DNA of 64,000 nucleotides, taken from assembly GCA_013239625.1 (NCBI GenBank), contig MU056000.1, positions 1,116,001-1,180,000 on the forward strand, written 5' to 3'. The translations under genes were made by a program, and so were the position numbers. This DNA comes from Lama guanicoe (taxonomy: Eukaryota). Every line of letters starts with the position of its first letter. Within the stretch, counting starts at the first letter, position 1. The notes beneath the pieces are model-generated. The model did no database searches. It saw only the letters and a program-made list of their open reading frames with translations, and was not told the origin of the DNA. Of this stretch, positions 1 to 13,215 are shown in pieces.

Positions 1-344
1 GGTCCCTGTGAGTGGGCAGGCGATCCCGTCCACCGCTTCTGAGTCCCAAGTGCTACGACGGTGCTCAGCGCCGGATGAAGGCCCGTGGGTTGGACTGTGT
101 GAGTGAGTTGTCTGCTCAGCATTTAGGGAAGACCTGGCAACACTCGAGTCTGTCCTGCTTTGCAAGCCCGTCCTTTTCAGTCGCCAGGGAAGGCTCTGGG
201 CCCGCGACGACCCATTTCTCCTTCCCGACGAGGCGTTTCCAGAGGACTTGCACGTGCCAAGGCCCTGCGGTAGCTGCACAGCTCAGGGGATTCTCTGGAG
301 GCCAAACGGTAAATGTCAAGACACCGAGGTTTACTTTCCTTTCC

Positions 345-620
345 ATTCTCTTTTACTGAAGTACAGTCGGTTTACAGTGCTGTGTCAGTGTCTGGTGCGC
401 AGCACCACGTTTCAGTCACACAGATGCATACATTTATTCATGTTTATATTCTTTCTCATGCCAGGTTACCACAAGGTATGGAATATAGTTCCGTGTGCTG
501 TGCAGTAGGACCTTGTTGTTTATCTACTTTATATATAGTGGTGTGTGTCTGCAAACCTTGAACTCCCAATTTATCCCTTGCCCGTCCTTCCTCCCCGGTA
601 GCCAAGAGTCTGTTTTCTAT
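345..620 (-). mobile_element. L1 3' UTR fragment (artiodactyl-type)
   Basis: tttactgaagtacagtcggtttacagtg..aatatagttccgtgtgct..aactcccaatttatccc. Homologous to 24000-24210. Confidence 0.8.
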
Positions 621-1429
621 ACGACACTGAGGTTTGCATCTAAGCTGAGCACAGCCTTTCCCCCACAGTTAACATACTGACAATTACAACAAGTTCTGCC
701 TTTAAAGAGTTTAGACAGTTGTCTGACGGAGACTGAGATTAGGGTAACGTTTTCTCTGTCACTACCTCTGGGAGTTTGATTTGATAACGCGCTTCGGCTG
801 CTTGCAGCGGGGACAGTAGGGTTTCCATCAGATGGAAGGTGGGGAGGGAGGGAGGAGAGGGTACTAACTCGCTCCTCCTCTGGGAGATTCCTTTGCGCCA
901 GCGTCCAAGTTTGGGCGTGCCTGCCCGAGGGGTCGAGAGATGGTGAGTCTGCGGTGGGCCGGGGGGGGGGGGCTGTCGGCAGGTCCGCGTCCCTCCTCTC
1001 ACCCACAGGGAGGCCAGCCTTGTAAGGCTCCACAGGGTCCCCAGAGAAAGTCCCCAAGGAGGCGGAGTGCTGTGGGGATGGGGACGCCCAAGCGTGCCTC
1101 CTGTAAGCCGGTGCCCTGAAGAGACCGAGGCATAGAGGAGACATTCCCGCATGGGCAGCCTGGCCCCCAAAGTGTCAGCACGGAGCCCCTGGGGACACCG
1201 CCCCCTGGATCTGCGTCGCCCAGGTGAGGCGCTGCTCCAGGTTGGGCAGGTCTCCATCACAGGAGGTGAGCCCTCCGGCCGGGGCAGGGCATGGGGGGGA
1301 CCCCGGGGGGCAGGTGTTCACATCCTGCCGACGTCCTCATCGCTGAGCAGGGTTTCCAACCCCGCAGTCCTCGGGCCCCTTGTGGCCAGGTGCACCTGCT
1401 CGACGCCCGATCGGGCCACATGGCAACAG

Positions 1430-1760
1430 AGAGGCTGCCCCCGCCCCCTGGGCGGCCCTACGAGTCCAGCTGGTGTCTCTGCAGCATCTCCGCTCATGGG
1501 GCACCTTGGACCCCTCTGTCCCCGGTCGCAGTGGCTGTCCCGCGCCAGCCACGCGGTCGGCTGCCGCCTCTCCAGGCACAGAGCAAGGCCTGGCTGCTTG
1601 CTCAGCAGGCCGAACCCCAGGCCTGTTCCACCTAACACGGTCCCGGACAGCGAACCCCGAGCAGATGAGCCAGAGCAGGTAGAACAGAAAACGAATTCAG
1701 TTCCAAAAAGCCCACCAGTGCTGTGCTGCGTGGTGTGCGGCTGGCGGCAACACTGATCAG
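1430..1760 (-). pseudogene. Relic terminal exon(s), GREB1-like extreme C-terminus
   Basis: Across frameshifts: RQPHT..GLFG / FLFYL / PGLALCL vs GREB1 SRPHS..LLFSG / LLLYL / KGATLCV. Boundaries uncertain. Confidence 0.45.
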
Positions 1761-1872
1761 GTCTCTGACACGCCGGTGTTTCAGTCACTATTAGTTTTTG
1801 CGTTACTTTTTATTGCTTTCACATACTGCACTGTAACGTTGTTTATCTCAGTTACGAGTCTCTTTGACGGAC

Positions 1873-2200
1873 CTGACATTTTCTGGCCGAGGCCGGTGCC
1901 CGTCTCCTCACCCCGGCTGCAGTCCCGGCGGCTGGGACTGTGAGGTTCCCGCGAGAAATGTGCCTAGGAAGTGCCTGGGGAAAACCAGAAAACGTGGCCG
2001 AGGCCCGTAGACATAATTGGAAGAAGTCAGGGTGACGCCACCTTCGAGCTTTGCTTCCTTCCTGACAGCGAGCTCGGCATCTCCTGTGCGCAGACTAACC
2101 CGCGGACACGCTTTCACGCACTTGCTGCCTCCAGCTCGGACTCTGGCTGTGTTCGGTCGTGATTCCTTCTTGGCTCATTGGGATTCTCTTATTGGCGTAC
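1873..2200 (-). pseudogene. Relic exon, TAGT/C-terminal region
   Basis: LAVRKEAKLEGG-VTLTSSNYVYGPRPRFLVFPRHFLGTFL (ORF 1908..2117) vs GREB1 [40 protein letters not shown]. VSAG and GLGQKMS (vs VHSAG, NLGSQIS) lie in shifted frames. GT donor at 1872; no acceptor visible next to the L1. Confidence 0.7.
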
Positions 2201-2203
2201 ATG

Positions 2204-3735
2204 TACAAATAAAGATATTGAATCAATAACTAAAAAAAAAAACCCTAATGAATGTAAGTCCAGACGGGTGCCTTCATGGTTGAATTCCATCAAACGTTAA
2301 AGAAGAATTAACACCAGTCATTCTCAGACTTTTCCAAAAATACAAGAGGCTGGAGAACTCCCTAGCATGTCTGTGAGGGCGTGCTACCCCGGACACCCAG
2401 CCGGACAGAAGTGCCAGACAGAAAGGAAGCTGTTGGCTGCACCCCTCGTGAACGCAGAGGGAAATCCTCCACAGGCACCAGCAGCCCAAACCCAGCGGCG
2501 CATTGAGAGGATCAAACACCACGACTGAAGGGGATTCGTCCCAAGAACGTGAGGGCGTTTCAATGCCCCCAAACCAAACAATGTCATACGTCGTATTAAC
2601 AGGATGAAGGGAGCAGAAAGGATAACCTCAATTAATGCAGAAAAAGCATTTCTAAAGGCCAGTACCTTCCATGACATAAAGACTCAATGACTGGGGGCAG
2701 AAGGAAACCCTCTGCGTGAGCTCAAGGGCGACTGTGGAGGACCCACAGCTGACCCCTGCCAAGGCCAGGGACGGGGAGGGCGTCTGTTCCACCACCTCAC
2801 CTCAGGCTGGACTGGAGGTCCTCGCCAGGGCAGCCAGGCGAGAAGAAGTGAACGGCGCCCACGCTGAAGAGGGAAAAGCAAAGCTATTTCTACCTATAGA
2901 TTACATAACGTTACAGACGAGGCCCCAACATAACCCATCCAGAAGTATTTAGAGCTAATAACTGAGGGGGCAAAACTGAAGGACAGAATCAACACACGAC
3001 AGCTGTATTTCCACTCCCTGACGGCGGGCAACCTGCAGACGGAAGTTAACGAGAGCATCAAAAAGCACTCAGGACCCAGGGAGACATTCAGCTGAGCAGG
3101 TGCAGGACCCGAACACCCACAACCACAAAACTCTGCTGAAGGAAACTGAAAACAGCCTGAGTAAATGGAAGGCAGCCCAGGCTCACGGGCTGGGAGAGCC
3201 GGTGCTGTGCAGACGGCTACACCCCGAGGCAGTGGAGCCGGTCCCTGTCAAGCTTCAGGGGCCTCTGTGTGGGCAGGGGTGGAGACACCGACCCTAAAGT
3301 TCATTTGGAATTTCAAGGAGTGCTGGATAACCAAAGCATTATTGAAAAAGAAGAACAAAGGGAAATAAACGGTACACCGACTGGGAAGGAAGAGAGAAAG
3401 CCGTCGTCCTTGTTCACAGACTGCATCGTGGTGTACGTAGAAAATACGAAAAAATTGAAAAAACCCTCCTGGAATAGGTGACCACAGCAAGTTTGAAGGA
3501 CACAAGGCTAATAATATACAATTATGATATAATTATATATTAAAAGTCAATTCTTTCCTTTTTTTTAAACATTTTTTATTGAGTTATAGTCATTTTACCG
3601 TGTCGTGTCAACAATTGCTTTCTTATGTAACAGTGATGAACAAGTGGGATTTGAAATTAAAACCACATTATTTATATTAGCATCTCTCCAAATGAAATAC
3701 TTAGATATAAATCTAACAAAATATGTGCAAGGTGC
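2204..3735 (+). mobile_element. Degraded L1 ORF2 (RT region) fragments, with a short antisense young L1 tail at ~3558-3610
   Basis: gaattccatcaaacgttaaagaagaattaacacca, aatgcagaaaaagcatt, ctaaagttcatttggaa. Confidence 0.85.
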
Positions 3736-4107
3736 ATACGTTAAGTGTAAGTATTTTCCTCAAGGACTTTTGGTTTAGTAAAGCTTGCAGCATATGCAGC
3801 GAACAACCAGGTCCTTTAAAATAAGTGTTTCATCTGAAGTCCAGCACTAAGTAGAGAACATTTGTTCCGTGTAAGTGTACTGAAGAAAGTGGAATTATGC
3901 TTGTGGATTTTTTTTCTAGTTCTAGATAATCAGACCTTATCCTCAGCCAAAATCCTGTCGCTCCTTGTTGTAACAAGATGCCATCTGATGCCTTCACCGG
4001 GGAGCTGCCTCAGCAGTTGAATGTAAGTTAGTTTGGGGGCATTAATTAAATCTGCTTTAAATACTTAATCTGATCACTGCTGAAATTAGAAAAAGAGGAA
4101 TGCTTAC

Positions 4108-4234
4108 TGCATATTGAATGTTAGACTCAATTGCAAGCAAACTCTTGCAAAAAAAAAATCCATGACTGTAATTCCACTTTCGTGAATGTACTTATGTGGA
4201 GCAAATGTTCTCTCCCTTAGTGACAGGATGCTTC
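4108..4234 (-). pseudogene. Relic exon, TAGT domain
   Basis: ccgcag|...|gtaagc boundaries. SILSLRE...VMDFFFARVCLQLSLTFNMQ vs GREB1 ALLGLRK...VHNFIILNVDLTQNVQ. Confidence 0.7.
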
Positions 4235-4851
4235 CTGCGGAGGCGGACGGTGCAACGTGCAGGTTCGCCAGGCGCGGACCCCGGGCGCCCCGCGGCAGGA
4301 TCCACCTGAAGACCAGTCCCGGCGTCTCTTCTCTAGCCATGCTTACCCAAACCCTCACTTCCTGTCCCCCGTCTCAGCTTTCAGGTGCTGTCAGAGGGAC
4401 TGTGAGCATAAGCCCAAGTCCCGGTGACAGTTTAGGAAGGGACAGGTCGATGACCCAGAGGAGATGGCCCACCAGGCCCCCGAGGTGCCCTCTGATGTGT
4501 GGGGGTCCCGCATCCATTACTAGCGCTGGGTGAGTGTGCGGACCAGGGTGCACACTTCGGGGAGACCTGGAGTCACCACTGCTGTCAAAGAAGGCAGAAC
4601 AGTCAGAACAGACTAGGGAAAACTGAAATTGTTGTTGTCTTTAAGCAGTTAGGTCCCTTAGCCATTTCAGATCCTTTTTGAGTTTTTTAAACATAATAAC
4701 ATATAATACATCTGTATAAAATTTGGTACAATTCTCGATGAGATTTGTTCGATAGCTTAAAGAAAATATATATTCTGTATTCTGATAATTTAAAATTAAC
4801 TAGAGCAATTTCAATTTAAAATTTGAGATATCATAAAGCGTTAGACTTTAC

Positions 4852-4891
4852 CTTTTTCAAGTATTTTAGAACGCTATACAAAATTAATATG
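4852..4891 (-). pseudogene. Relic 40-nt exon, TAGT domain
   Basis: Strong pyrimidine tract + ag; gtaaag donor. LILYSVLKYL vs GREB1 VSLKHIMQHI. Confidence 0.55.
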
Positions 4892-5299
4892 CTAGAAAGA
4901 TAGCAGAAAAACAAAGGAAATCAGGTTTTCTGTAATTAATGTTCTTAGCTGAAACGGGTATGGAAACCTCTGACTTTGGAAGGTAAACAGAGGGGAGGGT
5001 GAGCCCACCTGATGCCCTCAGCCAGGAGCATCATCGCAGAGGGGCTCTGGCAGAGCCTTCAGCTGTTCTGGTGGGAACGTCAGTGGGCGGGTGCAGATTC
5101 TTCTGCCGACAGGGCCTGGCACCAGCGCAGTGCTGACGGAGGGGCTGACCTCGGACGCACCCAGTCACGCGCCGGAACCAACGGGCATGCCACCCAGAAC
5201 CCAGAATTCCCTTCCTTTGTGAGAAGACGACACTGCTTACTGGCTGGACATCGCCTTTGGTTTACATGAAACTTTACAAAATGTTTCTCTTCCGTATAA

Positions 5300-5954
5300 C
5301 TTCACCCCACACCACAGAGATAGCTTTGATCAATCAAACCCTGCCCATCCTTGGCGATTCTCGGAGCCTCAGGTCTCTGGCGCCAACTCCAGTTTCAGAC
5401 CATGTGGGAAACCTCCTGGTTTTCTCTTCTCTTCTCAGCCCTGAGGCTTTGCGCAAATAGGGCCACATCTCCCTGAAGAGACGCTGATTCTTCTGCGCTC
5501 AGCCCTCCGGGCCACGCTCGTGAAGCAGGGCCCGATATGCCACCCCCCCAGCCGGTGGTGCCCATGCTGTGCCCGTCAATCTCGTAATCGCCCTGCAGGT
5601 GGTAAAAGGGTTTCTGAGAAAAAGATCATTACTAGTGAGATTCTCATTCTGAAAGTCACTTTCAAAACTAACAAAAATAAACATACGGATAAGGCCTCTC
5701 TTGTTATGTATCCAGCAATTTGCCTGTAAGCAGTGGTTTGCGCTGCTTGGTCAGGGTCCGGCAGAGGAGGAAGCAGCTGAGGCAGAAGCCGCAGGGGTGG
5801 AGGGCAGGTCTGCTTGCCGGCTGGAGAGTGTGGAATCCCGAACCCGCAGAGGGACCGGCCCAGGCGGTAGGCGGAGTCTGAGCCGAGCACCTGCTCACCG
5901 GCGCAGAGGGGGTCCACGACCCCGTGCTGGGCTGGGTGGAGGGGGTCACCCTGA
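5300..5954 (-). pseudogene. Relic exon(s): CxxC motif and start of TAGT domain
   Basis: tttccag acceptor. LHPCGFC (vs YHHCEQC), MRISLV..SETLLPPAGR (vs MRLPLV..SPTFTPTTGR), LFREMWP (vs IYKKYWP), TGVGA (vs AGVGA), SVVW (vs CVMW). Several frameshifts; 3' end approximate. Confidence 0.65.
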
Positions 5955-6780
5955 CTGGAAATCTCAGCACGCGTTTGCCGTGTGGTCACCAGGAACCGTG
6001 TCTGGCTACTTACCTCCTGCAGCGGATGTGTCTGTTAGGCACTCAGAGGCCCCGTGTTACTCAGCCGCAAGCTTTTCCGGGGCGCCGTCGAGAAACAGCC
6101 TTCTGGCAGTGGTTAGGGACTGTCCCTTTGCTGGGAGTTAAACGGGAGGAAACCCCAGAGCAAGGAGGACTTCCTGCCCCTCACTTTTCTTAGGGAAACA
6201 AGAGGGCTTTCAAAGGCAGAGCCCTGTCTTGTTCTTCAATCTGTGCATTTCGGATTTCTTTTCATGAAGATGGCATAATTGCATAACGTAAGCAAGAAGG
6301 AGTATTTACAAACCTTCCTCCATCCTATTGTTTGAGGGAAAAAAACCTGGAGGGAACTGAATTTCCACAGGTTCGCCCCGCAGGTAACCTGGAGTTAGTC
6401 GTCGCAAGTTCAAGCCCTAAGACGTGTGGCAGGCAGAACTCAGGCTTTTCCGCGGGGCCCCCCGCGTGGCTGCAGGCCAGCTAAGGTCTGTCAGAAGGGA
6501 GGCTCTGAGCAGCGCAGCGGGTGGGGGTGTCGGATGAGTAGCTGCGCGGTGGCCCCTGTCGCCTTGTACAGATAAATAGGGAACAGAACAGAGGGAGCGG
6601 CTCTGGTGGCGGCTCCTCACACCGGAGAGGTGGCTGGAGACCACGCGTCGGGAGGCAGGCTCCTCGGACCCTGCGGCGGTGCCGCCGCCAAGTGCAGGGT
6701 GGCCGCGGGCGGTACGGGCCTCTCATGGCCTCCCGCCTGGTTAACTGCCGTACTTGACCCGAATAATCAGGCTGTTTTAC

Positions 6781-6930
6781 CTCAGGCGGGTGCTGCTGTA
6801 TAGACGTGGTCGTCACCAAGATGAACTGCCGTCCTGTGACTCGCCTGATGAGAGTGACCGACGTCCAGGCATCAAGAACGGGATAGTGTTTTGCGTGGAC
6901 CAGTCTCACCGAAGCTGCTGGTGCCAGCTG
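6781..6930 (-). pseudogene. Relic 150-nt exon
   Basis: ag|..|gtaaaa, open in phase 0. KHYPVLDAWTSVTLIRRVTGRQFI vs GREB1 WHYLQLSDPWPDLELFKKLPFDYII. Confidence 0.7.
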
Positions 6931-7290
6931 CTGTCACAGAAGTCTTTTCTTCTGAAGCTCCCGCGTGTGAGGGCTCAGCGGCTTGTGTGGAGTGTGCCTG
7001 CAGTCACACTTAGGATTCTGACATGCGATCACCTCGCGTCTTTATGGCTGGTGACGCGGTGCAGTCAGATGTGCCGTCCTCGCGGGCAGCAGGAATCGGA
7101 GGAGTGAGGCTGACCTGTCCCCCGGGGCCCAGCGGTCACTCCAGGTGGACTCTGCCCATCAGTGCCGTGGGGGTCTGAGTTTCCTCAGGGGCTGCGAACC
7201 AGGACACACAGCAGCTCTGCAGCTGGCATCTTGGCCGTGTCCCTCCTCCTGTCCTTGGGTGACCCTCCAAGGACTGCAAGCCAACAGCAC

Positions 7291-7412
7291 CTGTTCTCAG
7301 CTGCTCCTGCCCTGCTGGTGCTGGTCGCCTGCCGCCGCTGACGCCGCGGTGTCTGTCTTGAACCAAGTCCTTCAGTGGTTCTCCTGTAACTGTCAACAGA
7401 AAGCTGTCCTTC
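7291..7412 (-). pseudogene. Candidate relic exon
   Basis: tctttttaag acceptor. QLSVDSY vs GREB1 LTEVDVY. Donor weak. Confidence 0.4.
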
Positions 7413-8599
7413 CTTAAAAAGACACTTTTACAGAAAAATAAAACCGACCGATTTACATGATTAGAGTGAATGCTCAATCGGAATTCTTTAATAAAATAAA
7501 AGCTTTTTGAAACGTAGACATTACTTGAATCTATCCTAACACAACATTGCCATTGTGGGCTGCGTTATGTCCCCTCCTTGATAAAAGACGAGGGACCCCA
7601 TCTGTGGAGGGTCTGGGGTAACCACAGGGCGCACGGAACGTGCAGATCACACACCCGTCATCCAGTCTTCCTCCCTGAAGAACAGCTTTGTGGATCTGAG
7701 TCCTCAGCAGTCACACAGGGGTTTAGATAGTAACACATATGTAGGCTGCTATTGGCTCATTTTTATTACTTTACTTTCATGAAACATTTGCCTTTGTATG
7801 AAGATGAATTTGGAGAACTCCAGTTATAAAATTGGCCCCTGGCGTCTATTTCCAGAGTGTGTTGCTCTTGGTTCTGGATTGTCAGGGCTCATTCTGGAGG
7901 CAGCGTTTGTCCCCCACCCTGTGTGCCGTGCATCCCCGCGTCTCCACAGTAGGACTGGATCTCAGGCCAAGATGCACAGCCTGGGGTGCCCGGTTCTGTT
8001 GGGGTTGCTCTCTGTGTTTCAGTTTATCAGAGTAAGATTAAAAATAAAGAGTGCAAATGATGAGATAGGCTGCTTTGCACAATGTTTGTTCACACGTGAA
8101 ACATTTTAGTTCAGTTCCCTAAGATCTTCAACACTGAAGCGTGTTCTTTTAAAATTGTTGTTTTAGAACTAGACAGCATGTCAAGAAATAATCACTGCTA
8201 CCTGTTGTCACACGTCCATTACCGTTGCTCCTTGTTTGTTACTGAAAGGATCATGAGGTGCTGAAAGAAGGTGTGAGAATCACCTCCGTGCTGAGCATGC
8301 CAGGCACACAGCCGTTTGCAGGAAGAGCCTGTCTCTACCCCAGCCCGCCCCAGACGACACTGGTTGGGTCGCCACAAAGCCCCTCTAGCCCGCGAGCGGG
8401 CCCGCACTGCTGACCCCAGCCAGGGCGGAGTGACGGGCGTCTCGGTCACCACCGCGCGCGAAGGAACTGAAGCCCCGAGGGAGGTCCCCAGCGCGCTGGG
8501 CGTCGGGCGGCGAGGGCTGGTGTCCTGGGAAGAGAAACAGGTGAGGTGCTCACAGTTACCCACGCTCACTGACCAGGCTTCCAGGCCGCAGGGCAGGGA

Positions 8600-9060
8600 C
8601 CGGCTGAACTGTTTCCCCGGAACTTACGTGACGGAACCCGAACTCCCAGCACCTCCAAATACAACTGGATTTGGAGAGAACGTCTTTAAAGAAGCACGAA
8701 GCTCAAGTGAGCTAGCTGGGCTCACTTTAACCTCATCGCAAAGGGCTGGCAGATCACCCGTCCCCGTCACCCGGCTACAGAGCCTCACATGGTATCAGGT
8801 GGGCCCTGAGCCCGTAGGACTGGTGTCCTTATAAGAAGGGGAGATAAGGACACACACACACTCAGAAGAGAGACCACGCGGGGATGCAGGGAGAAGACGA
8901 CCGTCTACACATCAAGTGCAGAGGCCTCAGAGGACCCAGTGCTGTGGACACCTTGGTCTTGGACTTCCAGCCTCAGGAACTGGGAGGGAGCTCACTGCTG
9001 CGTTCAAGCTCCCGGTCCAGGTCTGTGGTGCTTTGCTGTGGTGGCCGGAGCTGACCACAG
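8600..9060 (+). mobile_element. MaLR LTR (MLT1A/B-like)
   Basis: actggtgtccttataagaagggg, gacaccttggtcttggacttccagcctc. Confidence 0.8.
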
Positions 9061-9399
9061 GTCGGCGGGGGGAGCCCACAGAGATGCTGGCAGATGGCCT
9101 GAGGTGAGGGGACAGGAGACCCGGGAGGCCAGGGCAGCTGGTTCACAGGGCAGAGGACGGACGAGGAGAGAGCCGCAGACGGTGCCCCTGCCGGGTCGGC
9201 GGGGCACTGGGCAGTGCTCACGCGGGGAAACAGTCCAGGAGGACCCAGGGAGCAGCACTCAGAGGTCACAAAGGGCTGGCATCCTGCCTGGCCCATCACC
9301 ACGTTGCAGGGTGTCAGGCAGAGTGACCGGGGGGCTTTGCTTCAGTGACGGCAGGTTCAGCCACAGGCTGACAGCCGCTCTAGTGACGCCTGACAGGGC

Positions 9400-12300
9400 C
9401 TAGAAACACGGCCCCAGAGAACAGCTGTTTTCAAATAACTACGCCCAGAATGAAGGGCAAGAATGTGTTTGCAGACCTAAAAAGTGTCCAGCACCCAAAG
9501 GATAGAGTTCATCCAACCACAATGAGCAGCTATGGAGAGACGCAGGAATTGAGAGGAGCGAACAGTGGTTGAAGAAATAATAACTGGAAAATATCCAAAT
9601 ACGATGAACCTTATAAACTCATAGATCCAAGAATTTTCTCCAACCTCGTGAGCAAGAAGCACAAGAAGTTACGCCAGTGTGGGCCATCATCAGACTGCAG
9701 AAAGCCAACAACAAAGAGGAAATCGTAAAAGCAGCCAGAGATACAAAGACACACTGCAGTTGTGCGGTGGGACCAAGGTAAGGATGGAGGTGGATTTCTT
9801 GTCATCGCTAGTTCAGGGCAGAGGCAGGGAAGCAACATCTGTAAAAAACTGAAAGGAAAAAAGGTCAGCCTCGAATTTCTTACCCAGTGAAAGTCTCTTT
9901 CAAAAATGAAGGCAGAATAAAGACTTGTAAAGACCTACAAAGCTGAAAGAAGTTGCCACCAGCAGGCCCACACAACAGAAAATGTCAGAGCAGGTCCTTC
10001 GGGCAGAAGAAAAATGACCCAGATGGAAACCTGAATCCACACAAAGGAAAGAAGACCACAAATGGCCACCAGAATCATGAATATAAAGTGGTTTTTCTCA
10101 TTTAAATTTCTTTGAAAGGTAATTGACTATTTCTAACTGTATAAACATAAAAATAATGTGATTTGGGTTATGATATGTGTGGAAGCAAAGTGCACTGAGG
10201 CCAGGAGGGAGAAGTACAGGTGCTGGCGTTTGAAGGAGGATGGTGACAGGTGAGATATGTGCACCATACACTCTGCACAACCCTCGGGCACCACAGCAAG
10301 GGGAATAGCCAGGGAGATGACAAAGGAGGTAAGACAGAATCATAAAGTGCACTGAATCCAAAAGGAAACACAGAAATAGACAGAGAATGAGGAGCAAATG
10401 TGACCAACTGGAAGCAAATGGCAAGATAGTAAACTTAATCCAACCATAGCAACAATCACATTAAATGTAAATGGTCAAGACACTGATCAAAAGGCAGAGA
10501 TTGTTAGATTGGATAAAACTCAGTACCCAACTATTTGCTAACTAAGATAAACTCACTTTAAAAACAAAGACACAAACAGATTAGAAGGGTGTAATTTATA
10601 TATTTCATATTAACATTAATCAACAGATAGAAGGCGTATCCTTATTAATGCAAGCAAAAGTCTATTTCAGAGCAAAAGTTATTCCTGGGGATGAAAAGGG
10701 CCATTTCATAATGATAAAGTTGCCAATTAATCAAGAGGACGTAATAATCGTCAGCATTCATAAGCCTAAAATCAGAGAGGCAAATACATGTAGGTGGAAT
10801 TAAAAGGATAAATCCCAAACCCAGAATTGGAGTCACCACCCTTCCCTCAGAATAGAAAGGCAGAGCATCAGGAAAGACACAGGAAACACTGAGCAACACT
10901 GCCGACCCCCGACGTGCTTCACAGCTGTGGACCAATTCACCCAACAACCACGGAACACGTGGGGTTTTCAAGTGCACATGGAACAGACACCAGGATAGAG
11001 TCCATTTTTGCGCCATGAACAAGTCCCAGTGCAAATGGATTTAAGTACTAGCAAGTACATGTTCTGACCGCAGTGAAATTAATGAGAAATCAGTGACAGA
11101 TGATGTCTGGGCTATCCCCAAATATTTGGAAGTTAAACAGCGCACTCCTAGCTAATCCATGGGTCAAACAAGAAACCAAAAGAGAAGTTAGAAAATAAAC
11201 ACAATTAGTGAAAACAAAACAACAACATGTCACACTTCTCAAGATGCATGTAAGGCAGTGCCTGCAGGAGGTTGCACGGCACCACATTCCTGTATCACAA
11301 AAGAAGGAAAGTCCCTGATCACTTACGTCGGATCTCGCCTTAGTGAACTAGAAAAGCAAGAGCAGGTGAAACTCTGAGAGAAGAAAGGAGATGATAAGCA
11401 TCAGACAGAAGCCAGCAGATTGGAAAAAGAAGGAATCATTGGAAAAAGCCGTGAAGCCCAAAGCTAGCTTTTCGAGGGAATCAATAAAATTAATAAACCT
11501 CAAGTTGAGCTGCAGGAAGAAGGAGAGAAAACACAAATTAGCAATGTCAGAAGCAAGAGAGATGGCGTCACCATTGGTCCTACAGATACTGAAAGTACAG
11601 TAAGGGCAGAGCTGGCATTAATCTGATGCCAATAAATTTTAAAAGTTAGATAAAATGGATGTATTCCTCGGACAACAAAAACTACCAGAACTTATTTGAG
11701 GGAAAATAGGCCATCTGAGTAGGAGTATATATGTATGACAAATACATTGAAATGTGGTTTAAAATCTTTCCAGAAGGAACATGTGAGCCCACACGGCTCC
11801 TCTGCTGATGCAGCCAGACATTTAGAGGAGAAGCACCTGCAGCCAGCAGCACACTCGCCGGCGCAGAGCTTCTCCTGCAACGGCAAGACGAGGGGACCCT
11901 GTTCTCAGCACTGCTGTTCAGCACTGCACTGCAGGTCCCAGACAGGGCGACCCTTATGCAGGAAAACCGGCGGAGCACATCAGGTCGGAAAGGAAGTAAG
12001 ACTGACTTGACGTTCAGACCACACACTTGTCTATGCAGACAATCCTTGGAGTCTATAAAAACAGCCCCTGGAAGTCACATATGAGTTTAGCGAAGCTGCA
12101 GAACACAAGATCAGCACACAAAACGTGCTCGTCTTTGCGCACGGACAACAGTTAGAAATAAAAGTGAAAAATGCCAAGTCCTTGGGGATAAATCCGACAA
12201 AAAGCTCAGGACCTATGCACTGAAAACAGCAAGTTTTTGATGAGCAATTAAAATAGACCTAAATAAACGGAGAGACGGACCAGAGCTGCAGATTGGGAGA

Positions 12301-13215
12301 CATTACGTGGGGTGCCAGTTCTCCCCAGATGTGTGTGTGGATTCAGGGCAACACCAGTCAGAATCCTAGCAGGCCCCCCTTTTTGGTAGAAATTGACAAC
12401 CTAGTTCTAAAATTCATGTACAATGTGCAGTATGAAAAGGAATATATACATGTGTATATAGGTGTATAACTGAATTACTACGCTGTGCACCAGAAACTAA
12501 CACAGCATTGTAAACTGACTGCACTTCAATTAAAAAAGAAGAAAAGGAAAAAACAAAACCAAAAAAGGCTCTTGTCCGCAAAGGAAAAAAACCACGTACA
12601 GATTGCGAAGTACTTAAGGTAGTTAAATAATTTTGAAATAGAAGAATGAATGTGGAAGATTTTCACTATCTGATTTCAGGACTTACTATATGGTTTTCAG
12701 GATTTACAAACAGGGCAATAGAATAGAAGAGAGAATTCAGAAATAGACGTGTGTGTATGCTGACTGGCTTTTGATAAATGTGCACATCAGTGGAGAGAGG
12801 ACAGTCTCTCTCTCCTTTCTGGAACAACTGGTGACCCATAAAAATTAACTTTGTCCTATGCCTTGCACCCCATACAAAATTTAGTCAGAATGGGTCACAA
12901 ACTTAAACTGAAAACTGCAAAGCTTCTAGAAGAAAACACAGAGGAAATCTTTGGGACTTAAGGTTAGACAAATACTTCTTAGACGTAACATCAAAAGCAT
13001 GACCTATAAAAGGAAACATTGGTGCCTTCTACTTCCTCAAAATCAGTATCTTCTCTCAGAAAGAAGATACCAGGGAGAGAGGCACAAACTGGAAGGAAAT
13101 ACTTGCAGGTCACATGCATGACAAAAGACTTGTAGCCAGAATATGTAAAGAACTCTCAAAAGTCAACAACAGGAGACAAGGAACTGAATACAAAATAAGC
13201 AAAAGGTTGGGAACC
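9400..13215 (+). mobile_element. Old L1M relic (ORF1 to ORF2, internally deleted), with a nested young L1 tail at ~12425-12570
   Basis: A-rich; atagatccaagaa, ttaaatgtaaatggtc, aaagcttctagaagaaaacaca, atatgtaaagaactctcaaaagtcaacaa. Confidence 0.85.

Noticed and set aside
2205-2245. AATAAA plus A-run as a plus-strand polyA site or retrocopy tail
   Set aside because: It is internal A-rich L1 ORF2 sequence.
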